Assembly: GCA_947259735.1 (NCBI GenBank) | Contig: CAMYNN010000001.1 | Span: forward strand, 114,515 to 178,514 | Origin: Thermodesulfovibrionia bacterium | Lineage (GTDB): Bacteria; Nitrospirota; Thermodesulfovibrionia; UBA6902 | Length of the DNA: 64,000 bases | Direction: 5' to 3' | Part shown: positions 17,301 through 25,050 of the stretch, piece after piece | Layout of the letters: each line of letters starts with the position of its first letter | How positions within the stretch are numbered: the stretch's first letter is position 1 | Notes under the pieces: model-generated | Told to the model about the DNA's origin: nothing | Seen by the model: only the letters and a program-made list of their open reading frames with translations | Database searches by the model: none | Translations under genes and position numbers: made by a program

Positions 17301-19697
17301 ATCATTCCTGTCATGAATAACCTTGAATATACGAAACAGTGTCTCGAAGCTCTCTCATTGAATACAGCATATGAACCCTACGAAGTGATTATTATTGATA
17401 ATGCCTCAACGGACGGAACAGGTGAGTTTCTGAAATGCCTTGAAGGAAATGTAAAGATTATCACGAACGGAGAGAACCTTGGCTTTGCCCGGTCCTGCAA
17501 TCAGGGGGCTATGGCTGCAGAGGGTGAATTTCTGGTCTTTCTGAATAATGACACCGTTCCTGAACCGGGCTGGCTGGATAGCATGGTGAGCGTTGCCGAC
17601 GGGAATCCGGACGTAGCAGTTGTGGGAAGTAAACTGCTCTACCCGGATGATAGGGTGCAGCACGCTGGTGTAGTATTCGGTTGTCGTGAATCAGGATTGA
17701 GCATATCCCATATATACAAGGGTATTGAAAGGGAGCATCCTGCAGTCAACTACCTCAGGGAGTTCAATGCAGTAACTGCGGCCTGCATGCTTGTAAAAAG
17801 AAATGTTTTCCTGGCACTGGACATGTTTGATGAGGGATTTTTGAACGGATATGAAGATGTTGACTTTTGTCTGAGAGTCAGAGAAAAAGGACTGAAGATT
17901 ATGTATAACCCCGAAAGCACTCTTCTCCATTATGAAGAAAGTACCGAGGGAAGGCTTGATCACGGTGAACGAAATACACTTCACTTTTTAAGTAAGTGGA
18001 AGGGGAAAATTGAACCTGATGAGGAAACGAAAGTGCATGAGGACGGATTCAGAATAGAGTACCTTCCTGATAATCGTGCCCTGATTAATTGTTCAGAGCA
18101 GCAGGATAAATGCATCAGTGAAGAGGGGAAGAAGTATGAGTACAAGAGAAGACCTGAAAATGAAGAAATATTGCCTGAAATGAAATCAGGAGAGATGAAT
18201 AAGAAGAAACTCGCTATCGTAAGAGGAGCAAATATCAATAAATGGGAAATGCAGAACTATGAACCTCTTCGTGACATGTATTCTATCACTGCCTATACAA
18301 CAGAACCGCATGTTTTCGATCTAAGCCACATTCAGTTTCCTGTGGTGAAACTCCCCTGTGAATCACAGGGTCTGCTTCTGGATATGAAAGGACTTGAAGA
18401 TCATCTTTCCGACAAGGATCTAATATATTCTGCTGATATTACATACAGGTTTTCGGAACAGGCCGTTCAGGCAAAACAGAAATACGGATGCAAGGTTGTA
18501 TGTCTTGAATGGGAAAATATTCCATTTAACTATGATCAGTATGAAGAGGTTCACCGTATAAAGAAAACGGTCCGACATGGAGCTGACCATTTCATTGCTG
18601 TTACTCAGCGTGCAAAAGAGGCACTCATGCTTGAGGGTGTTTCTGAAGCACGGATTGATGTAGTTCCAATGGGTGTGGATCTGAATGTCTTTAAGCCTGA
18701 TAAGAAGAATATTGAAAGAGACAGAGAAAAAATCGGAATTGGTAATGACGAAATAGTGGTGCTCTTTATCGGAAGGATGGTGTGGGAGAAGGGGATTTAT
18801 GACCTGATACACGCGGCGACAGGAGTTATTCGGGATGACTCTATAAAAGAACGTTTTGTACGATTTCTCATTATTGGGAAAGGCCCCGAATTAGACGGTG
18901 TTCATAAAAGGATAACAGATCTGGGGATTGGCAGCCATGTTACTTTACTGGAGGAATATCCTTATCATTATATGCACAGATTGCATAATCTTTCCGACAT
19001 ATTTGTCCTCCCAAGTATATCTACCAGAGATTGGCAGGAGCAGTTCGGAATGGTGCTCATAGAAAGCATGGCCTGCGGGAAACCTGTTATTTCAACTCGT
19101 TCAGGGTCCATCCCTGAAGTAGTGGGAGATGATGGGATATTAATTCAACCGAATGATCATCTGTCTCTGTATGGGGCCATAAAGAAACTGATTCTGGATC
19201 ATGCACTCAGAGCAGAACTCGGGGCCAGGGCATTGTCAAGAGCAAAGAAGATGTTTGATTCTCAAAGGACGGCAGAAAGAATCAGATTAATATTCGAAAA
19301 GGTTCTGAATAAGAAAACTGAGGAAGAGAGATTGAATGAAGATTTTATGAAGGGAATGCAGTTATGGAAAGAGGGGAGCAGAGTAGATGGTTTTGAGGTT
19401 CTCTGCAGGACCTTTGAAGAAGACCCTGATAGGAAGAATGTACTTGACTCAATTGTCCAGACCGGAAGGGAACTGAAACGACATGATGCTGTAGAGAACT
19501 ATATAAGAGAATACCTGCTCTATCATCCGGCTAACCTTGATGCGCTTGCGTCACTGGCGCAGACACTTATAGATACGGGAAAGATTGATCGGGCGGAAGA
19601 TGAATTGGCGAAGATTTTTATTTTTGACCGAGAACACAGACGGGCAGTTTCTCTAGTGAAGGAGATAGAGGCAGCAAGAAAGCAAGTAAAAGTCTGA
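14301..19697 (+). CDS. Giant multidomain modification enzyme: SAM-methyltransferase + TagF/KpsC-like GT-B + GT2 + TPR + GT2 + GT4 + TPR (1798 aa)
   Basis: Motifs seen are: class-I MTase motif I (VILDVGCGRSK, ~14.48-14.78 kb); a GT-B-like region (VVLINANFTYG ... FISQHPRD ... LILTRFSTIIYEAV); GT2 no. 1 (VSVIVPTHNRPEMV...YLDDDD...EDWDLWIRM, ~16.07-16.72 kb); GT2 no. 2 (ASIIIPVMNNLEYT...IIIDNASTDGT...FLNNDT...GYEDVDFCLR, ~17.29-17.95 kb); GT4 (FIGRMVWEKG...EQFGMVLIESMACGKPVISTRSGSIPEVV, ~18.2-19.2 kb); TPR-like helices in the middle and at the C-terminus. An AGGGAG RBS is present. Confidence 0.85.
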   Translation: MLTIIDPEFISKEEEILDELKRNGLNHLTGSPALGWNYVIDHVWITMEMQKFLADKRGRELVILDVGCGRSKLHNFLEKKFNISILGIDRPYGYCHQNKTDNVDYYEDFLEMNSFDENSVDAIFWLSAIEHNEPEKIRELYKKSMALLKDGGLFLATFALSDKTSWLEASQQTNLSIPDSMDIFDEKSVQHTLDEIREKYRANVLYLRDKYQKRYQKFNCNDPEFVVGGIKKIKTATSADEVPCHDAQEKSRDYLYLFVPSNDTHVHLMNPVAQKLESAKFMIFETRQENAEYYLNKLGHEYFKYQNGILRSINPSVVIFANDWGPEERQLVKEVKSLGIPTVCLQEGCLDFIDTSINRMMHADYAFMQGPLMKKYIRRSDNVIITGNPKYDSMNDLPLPDKPVVLINANFTYGIYEDIRDQWVADAVSACRGLNLDFFISQHPRDRGEFPVDYHAVRSDAFKLKPQIEKSSLILTRFSTIIYEAVIQGRGVVYYNPHKEPFRIFTEDDTGAIEIASSRTDLAEAIKKALEGLDHKKEERDSFILKHCNTVDHDASEKCAEQLRLIAETDGRSTGDAKQQNLRDDEDHEVMVSVIVPTHNRPEMVADAVKSVLDQKYKNFELLVVNDAGPDIEPIITSMNGKSNITYVRHSVNRGLAAARNTGIKLSRGKYIAYLDDDDIFYPDHLETLVHYLENSDHKIVYTDAHRAHQVKENGQYVTQKIDLPYSQDFDYDQILVSNFVPVLCFMHEKSCLDKTGLFDESLPVVEDWDLWIRMSRFYEMPHIKKVTAEFRSRDDGTSMTSKGMEAFYRTGIAVHKKYRDYAKDKPHVLDAQKRAYMMYNLEMISHNSPDKGNDLNNRIKLAATFISESKFLQAIDEYAELAKQYPDIEVFYAVLCDLYSLEGRSDIPGEWVTRTIMFDPSYSDSFIDMTARLIEDKQYADAEKILTAVEKASTDNCEVLDTLNSLRSEMIVQSDTKNNKRATMNEKSAGHDIKGMASIIIPVMNNLEYTKQCLEALSLNTAYEPYEVIIIDNASTDGTGEFLKCLEGNVKIITNGENLGFARSCNQGAMAAEGEFLVFLNNDTVPEPGWLDSMVSVADGNPDVAVVGSKLLYPDDRVQHAGVVFGCRESGLSISHIYKGIEREHPAVNYLREFNAVTAACMLVKRNVFLALDMFDEGFLNGYEDVDFCLRVREKGLKIMYNPESTLLHYEESTEGRLDHGERNTLHFLSKWKGKIEPDEETKVHEDGFRIEYLPDNRALINCSEQQDKCISEEGKKYEYKRRPENEEILPEMKSGEMNKKKLAIVRGANINKWEMQNYEPLRDMYSITAYTTEPHVFDLSHIQFPVVKLPCESQGLLLDMKGLEDHLSDKDLIYSADITYRFSEQAVQAKQKYGCKVVCLEWENIPFNYDQYEEVHRIKKTVRHGADHFIAVTQRAKEALMLEGVSEARIDVVPMGVDLNVFKPDKKNIERDREKIGIGNDEIVVLFIGRMVWEKGIYDLIHAATGVIRDDSIKERFVRFLIIGKGPELDGVHKRITDLGIGSHVTLLEEYPYHYMHRLHNLSDIFVLPSISTRDWQEQFGMVLIESMACGKPVISTRSGSIPEVVGDDGILIQPNDHLSLYGAIKKLILDHALRAELGARALSRAKKMFDSQRTAERIRLIFEKVLNKKTEEERLNEDFMKGMQLWKEGSRVDGFEVLCRTFEEDPDRKNVLDSIVQTGRELKRHDAVENYIREYLLYHPANLDALASLAQTLIDTGKIDRAEDELAKIFIFDREHRRAVSLVKEIEAARKQVKV

Positions 19698-19894
19698 ACC
19701 TTTACAGGTTTATCCTGCCTCAATATACGAAAGAAGACAGGAAAATATTTCCGCAGCAGGAAGACCTTTCCGGGAATATATGAAATTCAGGAAAAGCCGC
19801 AGACGGGTCATCTTCCGTTCGAAATAAAGGAGAACCCCTTCAATTATGGCCACTTCAGGAGTGGGCCTGCTTAAAGCACATGTGCATGCAAATC

Positions 19895-19910
19895 GGGCAC
19901 AAATATTGCT
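19895..19910 (+). promoter_or_regulatory. sigma-54 type promoter upstream of the second fliS
   Basis: GGGCACAAATATTGCT has GG 19896-19897 and GC 19908-19909 at canonical spacing. It lies ~60 nt upstream of ATG 19970. A 10-bp palindrome GCACATGTGC lies just upstream (19875-19884). Confidence 0.55.
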
Positions 19911-19969
19911 TTTTAAAAAATAGAAAAAACATTTCGTCAATCTATGAAAGAAAAGAGAAGGAGGGAACC

Positions 19970-20338
19970 ATGGGAGGAACAGCACTGAAACCACAGGCGG
20001 AGCAGAGGGGAACCGATGGAGTGCAGATCGTTTCAATGCTCTATGACGGTGCAATCAACTTTATCGGTAAAGCAAAAGAAAAGCTGGACATAGGCGATTC
20101 TTCCGGCAGGTCTTTATATATCAAAAAGGCAACGGATATTGTAAAAGAACTGTCGGGCTCTCTCAATATGGACACCGGAGAAATTGCCGTAAATCTCAGG
20201 AGCCTTTACGATTTTGTTCTTGACAGTCTTGCAAAGGCAGACCTGCAGAACAATCGTGACGCACTCAGTGATGCAGAGAAGGTCATTGATATCATCCGCA
20301 GTTCCTGGCAGGAGATGCAGGAAGCAGGAAAAGTATAG
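19970..20338 (+). CDS. fliS: FliS-family flagellin chaperone paralog (copy 2, 122 aa)
   Basis: The ORF track starts at 19880 but that extension covers the promoter. ATG 19970 follows GAAGGAGGGA. It aligns along its length with copy 1 (VQIVSMLYDGAINFIGKAKEKLDIGD ... NLRSLYDFVLDSLAKADLQNN ... IIRSSWQEM), at roughly 40-45% identity by eye. Confidence 0.8.
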   Translation: MGGTALKPQAEQRGTDGVQIVSMLYDGAINFIGKAKEKLDIGDSSGRSLYIKKATDIVKELSGSLNMDTGEIAVNLRSLYDFVLDSLAKADLQNNRDALSDAEKVIDIIRSSWQEMQEAGKV

Positions 20339-20374
20339 ATTAGAGTGAATGGAGACTTCGTTCTCCATCAAAAT

Positions 20375-20407
20375 ATTGACGATCACCATCCCATTGACGA
20401 TTTCATG
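20375..20407 (+). promoter_or_regulatory. Direct repeats of ATTGACGAT (putative regulator/enhancer-binding sites)
   Basis: ATTGACGAT occurs at 20375-20383 and 20393-20401, the latter followed by TTCATG. The same ATTGACGA(A/T) and TTTCATG words recur at 34733-34802, upstream of another sigma-54 promoter. Confidence 0.4.
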
Positions 20408-20664
20408 CGGGGGAGAGTCCAACAGGTGGGGCCTCCCCCCGTTCTGATCATTCCAGTCATTTCCGTCTCAGGAATACTATTCATCATTGTTGAGGGCTGA
20501 TGTAAATTATGAATTAAACTCTGTAAGTAACTATATAAGCGTGATAAATAAGACATGATAATGTCCATACTGCTCAAGGCAGAGCGAATTAGATAGTGCC
20601 GTTACGTCTGTGTTCATAGATCATCTATCTCTGATGCAGAAAAGGCCCGTACAAGAAATTTATA

Positions 20665-20680
20665 TGGCACAGATATTGCT
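20665..20680 (+). promoter_or_regulatory. sigma-54 promoter upstream of the MerR-GT2-CMP-sugar operon
   Basis: TGGCACAGATATTGCT is an exact TGGCAC-N5-TTGC consensus. It lies ~70 nt upstream of ATG 20752. Confidence 0.65.
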
Positions 20681-20751
20681 TTGAAACCTAAAGTAAACTT
20701 TAAATTTTTTTAAACTCTTTGCAAAGGCAAGAGAAAGTACTAACCATTTCG

Positions 20752-21021
20752 ATGAAATTAGTATTTACGATAAACGATGTAAGTAAAGTAACCGGTGTTC
20801 CGGTCCATACGATAAGGTTCTGGGAAAAAGACTTTAAGAATTATCTCAAACCCGGCAAGACACCGGGAGGTCAGAGACGATACTGCCTCAGGGATATCAG
20901 AATCATAGAGAAAATAAAATATCTGCGCTATCAGGAGAAGTATACGATAGCAGGTGCATTGAAGGAAATAAGGAAGCATGAAGGGTATGAACTTGGTGCA
21001 GGAGCACAGGCACATGTCTAA
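20752..21021 (+). CDS. Small MerR-family HTH protein (89 aa, DNA-binding domain only)
   Basis: The ORF track starts at TTG 20719; ATG 20752 gives MKLVFTINDVSKVTGVPVHTIRFWEKDF...GGQRRYCLRDIRIIEKIKYLR, a typical MerR N-terminal HTH with no effector domain. Its stop overlaps the next gene's ATG (ATGTCTAA). Confidence 0.7.
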   Translation: MKLVFTINDVSKVTGVPVHTIRFWEKDFKNYLKPGKTPGGQRRYCLRDIRIIEKIKYLRYQEKYTIAGALKEIRKHEGYELGAGAQAHV

Positions 21022-22003
21022 ACCGTCTGTATCAGTCATTATTCGCTGCTGCAATGAGCAGGAGCACATAGGACGTCTGCTTACAGGTATTTATGAACAG
21101 ACCCTGAACGACATTGAAGTGATAATCGTTGATTCCGGTTCCACAGACAGGACTCTGTCAATAGCTTCCTGCTTTCCCGTTATCATCAGGACAATAAGTG
21201 CGCAGGAATTTTCATTCGGTCACGCACTGAATGTGGGATGTAAAGCGGCCAATGGGAACATCATAGTATTTGCCAGCGCCCATGTATATCCGACTCACCG
21301 CCGCTGGCTGGAGACACTGATTGCGCCGTTCAATGATCCTAAAGTCGCTCTCACATATGGAAAACAGCGTGGAAATGAAATGAATAAATTTTCTGAGCAT
21401 CAAATATTTTCAAAGTGGTTCCCCGAGCATTCATTGTCCGTTCAGCGGACACCCTTTTGCAATAACGCCAATGCGGCGATTCCAAGAGATTTGTGGAAGA
21501 TTGTTCCCTATGATGAGGGATTAACGGGACTTGAAGATATCGACTGGGCAAAGCGTCTGATTGGCAAGGGATACTATTTAGCATATGCGGCAGAAGCAGA
21601 AGTAATTCATGTCCATAACGAAAGATATATGGGAACGCTTAATCGCTACTACCGTGAGTCAATTGTATTCTGTCAGCTTTTCCCCGAACAGAAATTTCGG
21701 ATGAAGGATTTTTTGTGGCTCTGGTTTATCAATACATTGAACGACTATGCACATGCATTCCGTAAGGGGAAACTGTTCGGCAATCTATTGAGCATTCCCC
21801 TGTTCAGATTAATGCAGTTCTGGGGAACATACAGAGGGTATGCGCAGAGGGACCCTGTCAGCTCCGCGCTCAGGCAAAGGTTCTATTATCCCAACGGACT
21901 GTCCAGGCCAGCGGACAATGGCAATAAACCGGATACGTCTGATAATGACTATATTGATTACATGAAAATAGAGAAAAATGAAAAAATCGAACAACCTCAT
22001 TGA
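21014..22003 (+). CDS. Glycosyltransferase family 2
   Basis: MSKPSVSVIIRCCNEQEHIGRLL...EVIIVDSGSTDRT...GLEDIDWAKR has GT-A/GT2 hallmarks. The start is taken at ATG 21014 (track 20978) to avoid a long overlap with the MerR gene. Confidence 0.8.
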   Translation: MSKPSVSVIIRCCNEQEHIGRLLTGIYEQTLNDIEVIIVDSGSTDRTLSIASCFPVIIRTISAQEFSFGHALNVGCKAANGNIIVFASAHVYPTHRRWLETLIAPFNDPKVALTYGKQRGNEMNKFSEHQIFSKWFPEHSLSVQRTPFCNNANAAIPRDLWKIVPYDEGLTGLEDIDWAKRLIGKGYYLAYAAEAEVIHVHNERYMGTLNRYYRESIVFCQLFPEQKFRMKDFLWLWFINTLNDYAHAFRKGKLFGNLLSIPLFRLMQFWGTYRGYAQRDPVSSALRQRFYYPNGLSRPADNGNKPDTSDNDYIDYMKIEKNEKIEQPH

Positions 22004-22646
22004 TATATCGGTACCTCTGGATTCAGCACTGCCTACCTGGCCGGGAAGTGAAGGGATGAAGGTGGAACGGCTTTCCTGTTTTGAAAACGGAAATGACGTG
22101 AATGTATCCAGGCTCACATGCGATGTGCATACAGGTACTCATATCGAGACGTCTCTTCATTTTCTGCCCGACGGAGAGAGTGTAAGTCAGATTCCTCTGG
22201 ATATATTGGTAGGGAATGCGTATGTCGCGTATTTGCCGGAGGCCGACATCATTACACCCGATGATCTTGAGATCCTCGAAATACCCGATGAAACAGAAAG
22301 ACTTCTGATGAAGACAGGGAACTCAAGGTTGTGGGAAGAATGGGGAGACATGTTCAGACAGGATTTTGCGGCCCTTAATTCGGATGCTGCTGAATGGATC
22401 GTTGAGAGAGGTATCAAGCTATTCGGTGTTGACTACCTTTCAGTTGAATTATACAGGGAACCGGCCTCGCGCAATCACATTACGCTTTTAAGGGGAGGGG
22501 TTGTCATACTTGAAGGGCTTAATCTATCGATGGTTAATGCGGGTATGTATGAATTAATCTGCCTTCCCATAAAACTTGTCGGTGCTGAAGGTGCGCCTGC
22601 GAGAGCGGTTTTGAGAACGAAGAGCGCGTGCTGCTGCGGTGATTAA
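21978..22646 (+). CDS. Putative cyclase / kynurenine-formamidase-like metal hydrolase
   Basis: 222 aa. Cyclase-family motif HTGTHIETSLHF (compare HxGTHxDxPxH) near the N-terminus. Overlaps the upstream GT2 by 26 nt. Confidence 0.65.
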   Translation: MKKSNNLIDISVPLDSALPTWPGSEGMKVERLSCFENGNDVNVSRLTCDVHTGTHIETSLHFLPDGESVSQIPLDILVGNAYVAYLPEADIITPDDLEILEIPDETERLLMKTGNSRLWEEWGDMFRQDFAALNSDAAEWIVERGIKLFGVDYLSVELYREPASRNHITLLRGGVVILEGLNLSMVNAGMYELICLPIKLVGAEGAPARAVLRTKSACCCGD

Positions 22647-23351
22647 ATGATGAAAAATGTGAAAAAACCAAGAATTGCTGCACTGGTTCCCATGAGACAT
22701 AACAGTGAACGGGTGCCGGGGAAGAATTATCGTCTTCTTGGGGACAGGCCTTTGTATCATCACATAATCGGAAGCCTTCTTGAATGTCCGCATATTGATG
22801 AAGTATGTATTGACACGGACAGTCCTTTTATCCTTGATGACGCGCCAAGAAATTTCCCTGTCAGGCTGATTGAACGACCTGCCCATCTGCGTTCGGGATT
22901 TGAACCCATGAACAATATTCTGCTTTACGATGTAACTGAAATAGAAGCTGACTTCTACCTGCAGACACACAGCACTAATCCGCTTCTTACAACAGAGTCC
23001 ATATCAAAGGCGATCGAGACCTTTCTGAGGCCCGGTGATCATGATTCACTCTTCGGGGTTACCCGTTTGCAGACACGCCTTTATGACAAACAGGGAAATC
23101 CCATCAATCATGATCCTGATGAATTGTTAAGAACACAGGATTTGCCCCCTGTTTTTGAGGAGAACTCAACGATATATATTTTTTCAAAAGAGATTCTCAA
23201 AGAGCGTGGAAACCGCATAGGTCAAAAACCCATAATGTTTGAAATTGACCGTGAGGAAGCGGCAGATATTGATGAAGAAATGGACTTTCTATTAGCGGAA
23301 TTTCTTTATAAAAAAACGAGAAAGGCGAAGGTGTTCAGTAATGAAATTTAA
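22647..23351 (+). CDS. Acylneuraminate-type cytidylyltransferase (CMP-sugar-acid synthetase; NeuA/PseF/PtmB-like)
   Basis: 234 aa. N-terminal ALVPMRHNSERVPGKNYRLLGDRPLYHHIIGSLL resembles the CTP_transf_3 nucleotide-binding motif. Size is typical of the family. Confidence 0.8.
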   Translation: MMKNVKKPRIAALVPMRHNSERVPGKNYRLLGDRPLYHHIIGSLLECPHIDEVCIDTDSPFILDDAPRNFPVRLIERPAHLRSGFEPMNNILLYDVTEIEADFYLQTHSTNPLLTTESISKAIETFLRPGDHDSLFGVTRLQTRLYDKQGNPINHDPDELLRTQDLPPVFEENSTIYIFSKEILKERGNRIGQKPIMFEIDREEAADIDEEMDFLLAEFLYKKTRKAKVFSNEI

Positions 23352-24297
23352 GGTACTTATAACTGCCCCGTACATGCAGCCCGTAATAAAGGAGTACATG
23401 CATTTTTTTAATGATAACGATATTGAGGTCATAGTGCCCCCGGTCAAAGAGCGTCTTTCCGAACAGGAGCTACTGGAAGTTATCGGCGATATTGACGGAG
23501 TAATTGCCGGCGACGACCAGTTTACATCAAAGGTCTTAAGGTCAGCTCCCAGACTGAAAGTGCTTTCGAAGTGGGGCACGGGCATAGACTCATTCGATCA
23601 GATAACAGCGAGAGAACTCGGCATTGCCATCCGCAATACACCGGGGGCCTTTAATGAGCCGGTGGCGGACCAGGTACTCGGATATATGCTTGCATTTGCC
23701 AGGCGCATCCCGTGGATAGATGAAAGAATGAAGGACGGTGAGTGGGAAAAGCTGAACTGTTTTTCACTTTCTAATCGTACACTGGGAGTCATCGGTACAG
23801 GGAATACAGGGAAAGCGGTTATAGAGCGTGCAAAGGCATTTCAAATGCGATTACTCGGGAATGACATTGAGGAAATGCCTTCTGAGTTTATTGATGAGTC
23901 AGGTATCCAAATGGTGGACAAAGAGGACCTGCTGCGCGCGAGTGATTTTGTCAGCCTGAACTGTGACCTTAATCCCTCAAGCTATCACATCATGGGAAGA
24001 TCTGAATTTTCACTCATGAAACGGACGGCTTACTTTATAAATGCTGCGAGAGGGCCGCTTGTCGATGAACCTGCTGTTATTAAGGCCCTGCAAAATAAAT
24101 TAATAGCCGGTGCGGCCCTTGATGTCTTTGAAGATGAGCCGCTCCCCCTTGACAGCCCATTGCGCTCAATGTCCAATGTACTCCTCTCTCCTCATAACGC
24201 GAACAGCAGTGAGGAGCACTGGATGAGAATTCATGAGTCAACAATATCGAACTTACTGGCAGAGCTGAATAAAGAACCGGTTTCAGTAGCAGGTTAA
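23341..24297 (+). CDS. D-isomer-specific 2-hydroxyacid dehydrogenase (NAD-binding)
   Basis: 318 aa. GVIGTGNTGKAV Rossmann motif and the catalytic region NAARGPLVDEPAVIKALQNKLIAGAALDVFEDEP. Confidence 0.85.
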   Translation: MKFKVLITAPYMQPVIKEYMHFFNDNDIEVIVPPVKERLSEQELLEVIGDIDGVIAGDDQFTSKVLRSAPRLKVLSKWGTGIDSFDQITARELGIAIRNTPGAFNEPVADQVLGYMLAFARRIPWIDERMKDGEWEKLNCFSLSNRTLGVIGTGNTGKAVIERAKAFQMRLLGNDIEEMPSEFIDESGIQMVDKEDLLRASDFVSLNCDLNPSSYHIMGRSEFSLMKRTAYFINAARGPLVDEPAVIKALQNKLIAGAALDVFEDEPLPLDSPLRSMSNVLLSPHNANSSEEHWMRIHESTISNLLAELNKEPVSVAG

Positions 24298-24309
24298 GAG
24301 GAAGATAAT

Positions 24310-25047
24310 ATGAAATCAGCACTCGTAACAGGAGCTGCAGGAGGAATTGGCAAGGCGGTCTGCGAGCTTTTAGAGAGGAAAGGGTACAAGGTTATCGGTG
24401 TAGACAGCAGGGCAGCCTCTGGTCTTGATTATGAAGTAATTCAGTTTGATGTAAGCAGACTGCGGAACGGGGATTCAGAATGCAAAGAATTCTATGAAAA
24501 AGCGAAAAGTTTTGCTGATGGAAGGCTGGATGTCCTCGTAAATAATGCAGCTGTCCAGATTGTTAAATCGGTCGAGAATCTTACAACGGCAGACTGGGAC
24601 GTGACGCTTGACACGAACCTGCTTGCTCCATTCTGGCTGACACAGATGTTTTTGCCTATGCTGCGTGCGGCAAGAGGAAGTGTTGTGAATGTTTCGAGTA
24701 TCCACGCGGAGCTTACAAAAAGGGAATTTACCGCTTATTCCACAAGCAAGGGAGCTCTCCTTTCGCTGACTCGAGCGCTCGCGCTGGAACTTGCGCCCGA
24801 TGTTCGGGTGAATGCAGTACTCCCGGCAGCCACGGATACACCGATGCTGCTCGATGGATTTAAAGATAATCCAGACGGACTGAAGGAATTGGGGTCCTAT
24901 CATCCATTGGAACGAATTGCCAGTCAGGATGAGGTAGCCCGGGCTGTTTTCTTCCTGGCCAGTCCGGAAGCCAGTTTTATGACAGGGGCTTCAGTAAATG
25001 TTGATGGAGGTATAGGAGCGTGTCTGCACGACCCGGTTAAAAGGTAA
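24310..25047 (+). CDS. Short-chain dehydrogenase/reductase (PtmA-like)
   Basis: 245 aa. TGAAGGIGKA cofactor motif, NNAA, and catalytic YSTSK. Confidence 0.85.
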   Translation: MKSALVTGAAGGIGKAVCELLERKGYKVIGVDSRAASGLDYEVIQFDVSRLRNGDSECKEFYEKAKSFADGRLDVLVNNAAVQIVKSVENLTTADWDVTLDTNLLAPFWLTQMFLPMLRAARGSVVNVSSIHAELTKREFTAYSTSKGALLSLTRALALELAPDVRVNAVLPAATDTPMLLDGFKDNPDGLKELGSYHPLERIASQDEVARAVFFLASPEASFMTGASVNVDGGIGACLHDPVKR

Positions 25048-25050
25048 TAC

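Noticed and set aside
19880-19969. N-terminal extensions given by the ORF track for the second fliS. The same issue applies to 20719-20751, 20978-21013, 28848-28934, 38439-38513, 41170-41211, 48302-48340 and 50255-50290.
   Set aside because: The extensions start at non-ATG codons. They cover promoters or the 3' end of the preceding gene. In every case an internal ATG with a good Shine-Dalgarno coincides with the start of family homology.
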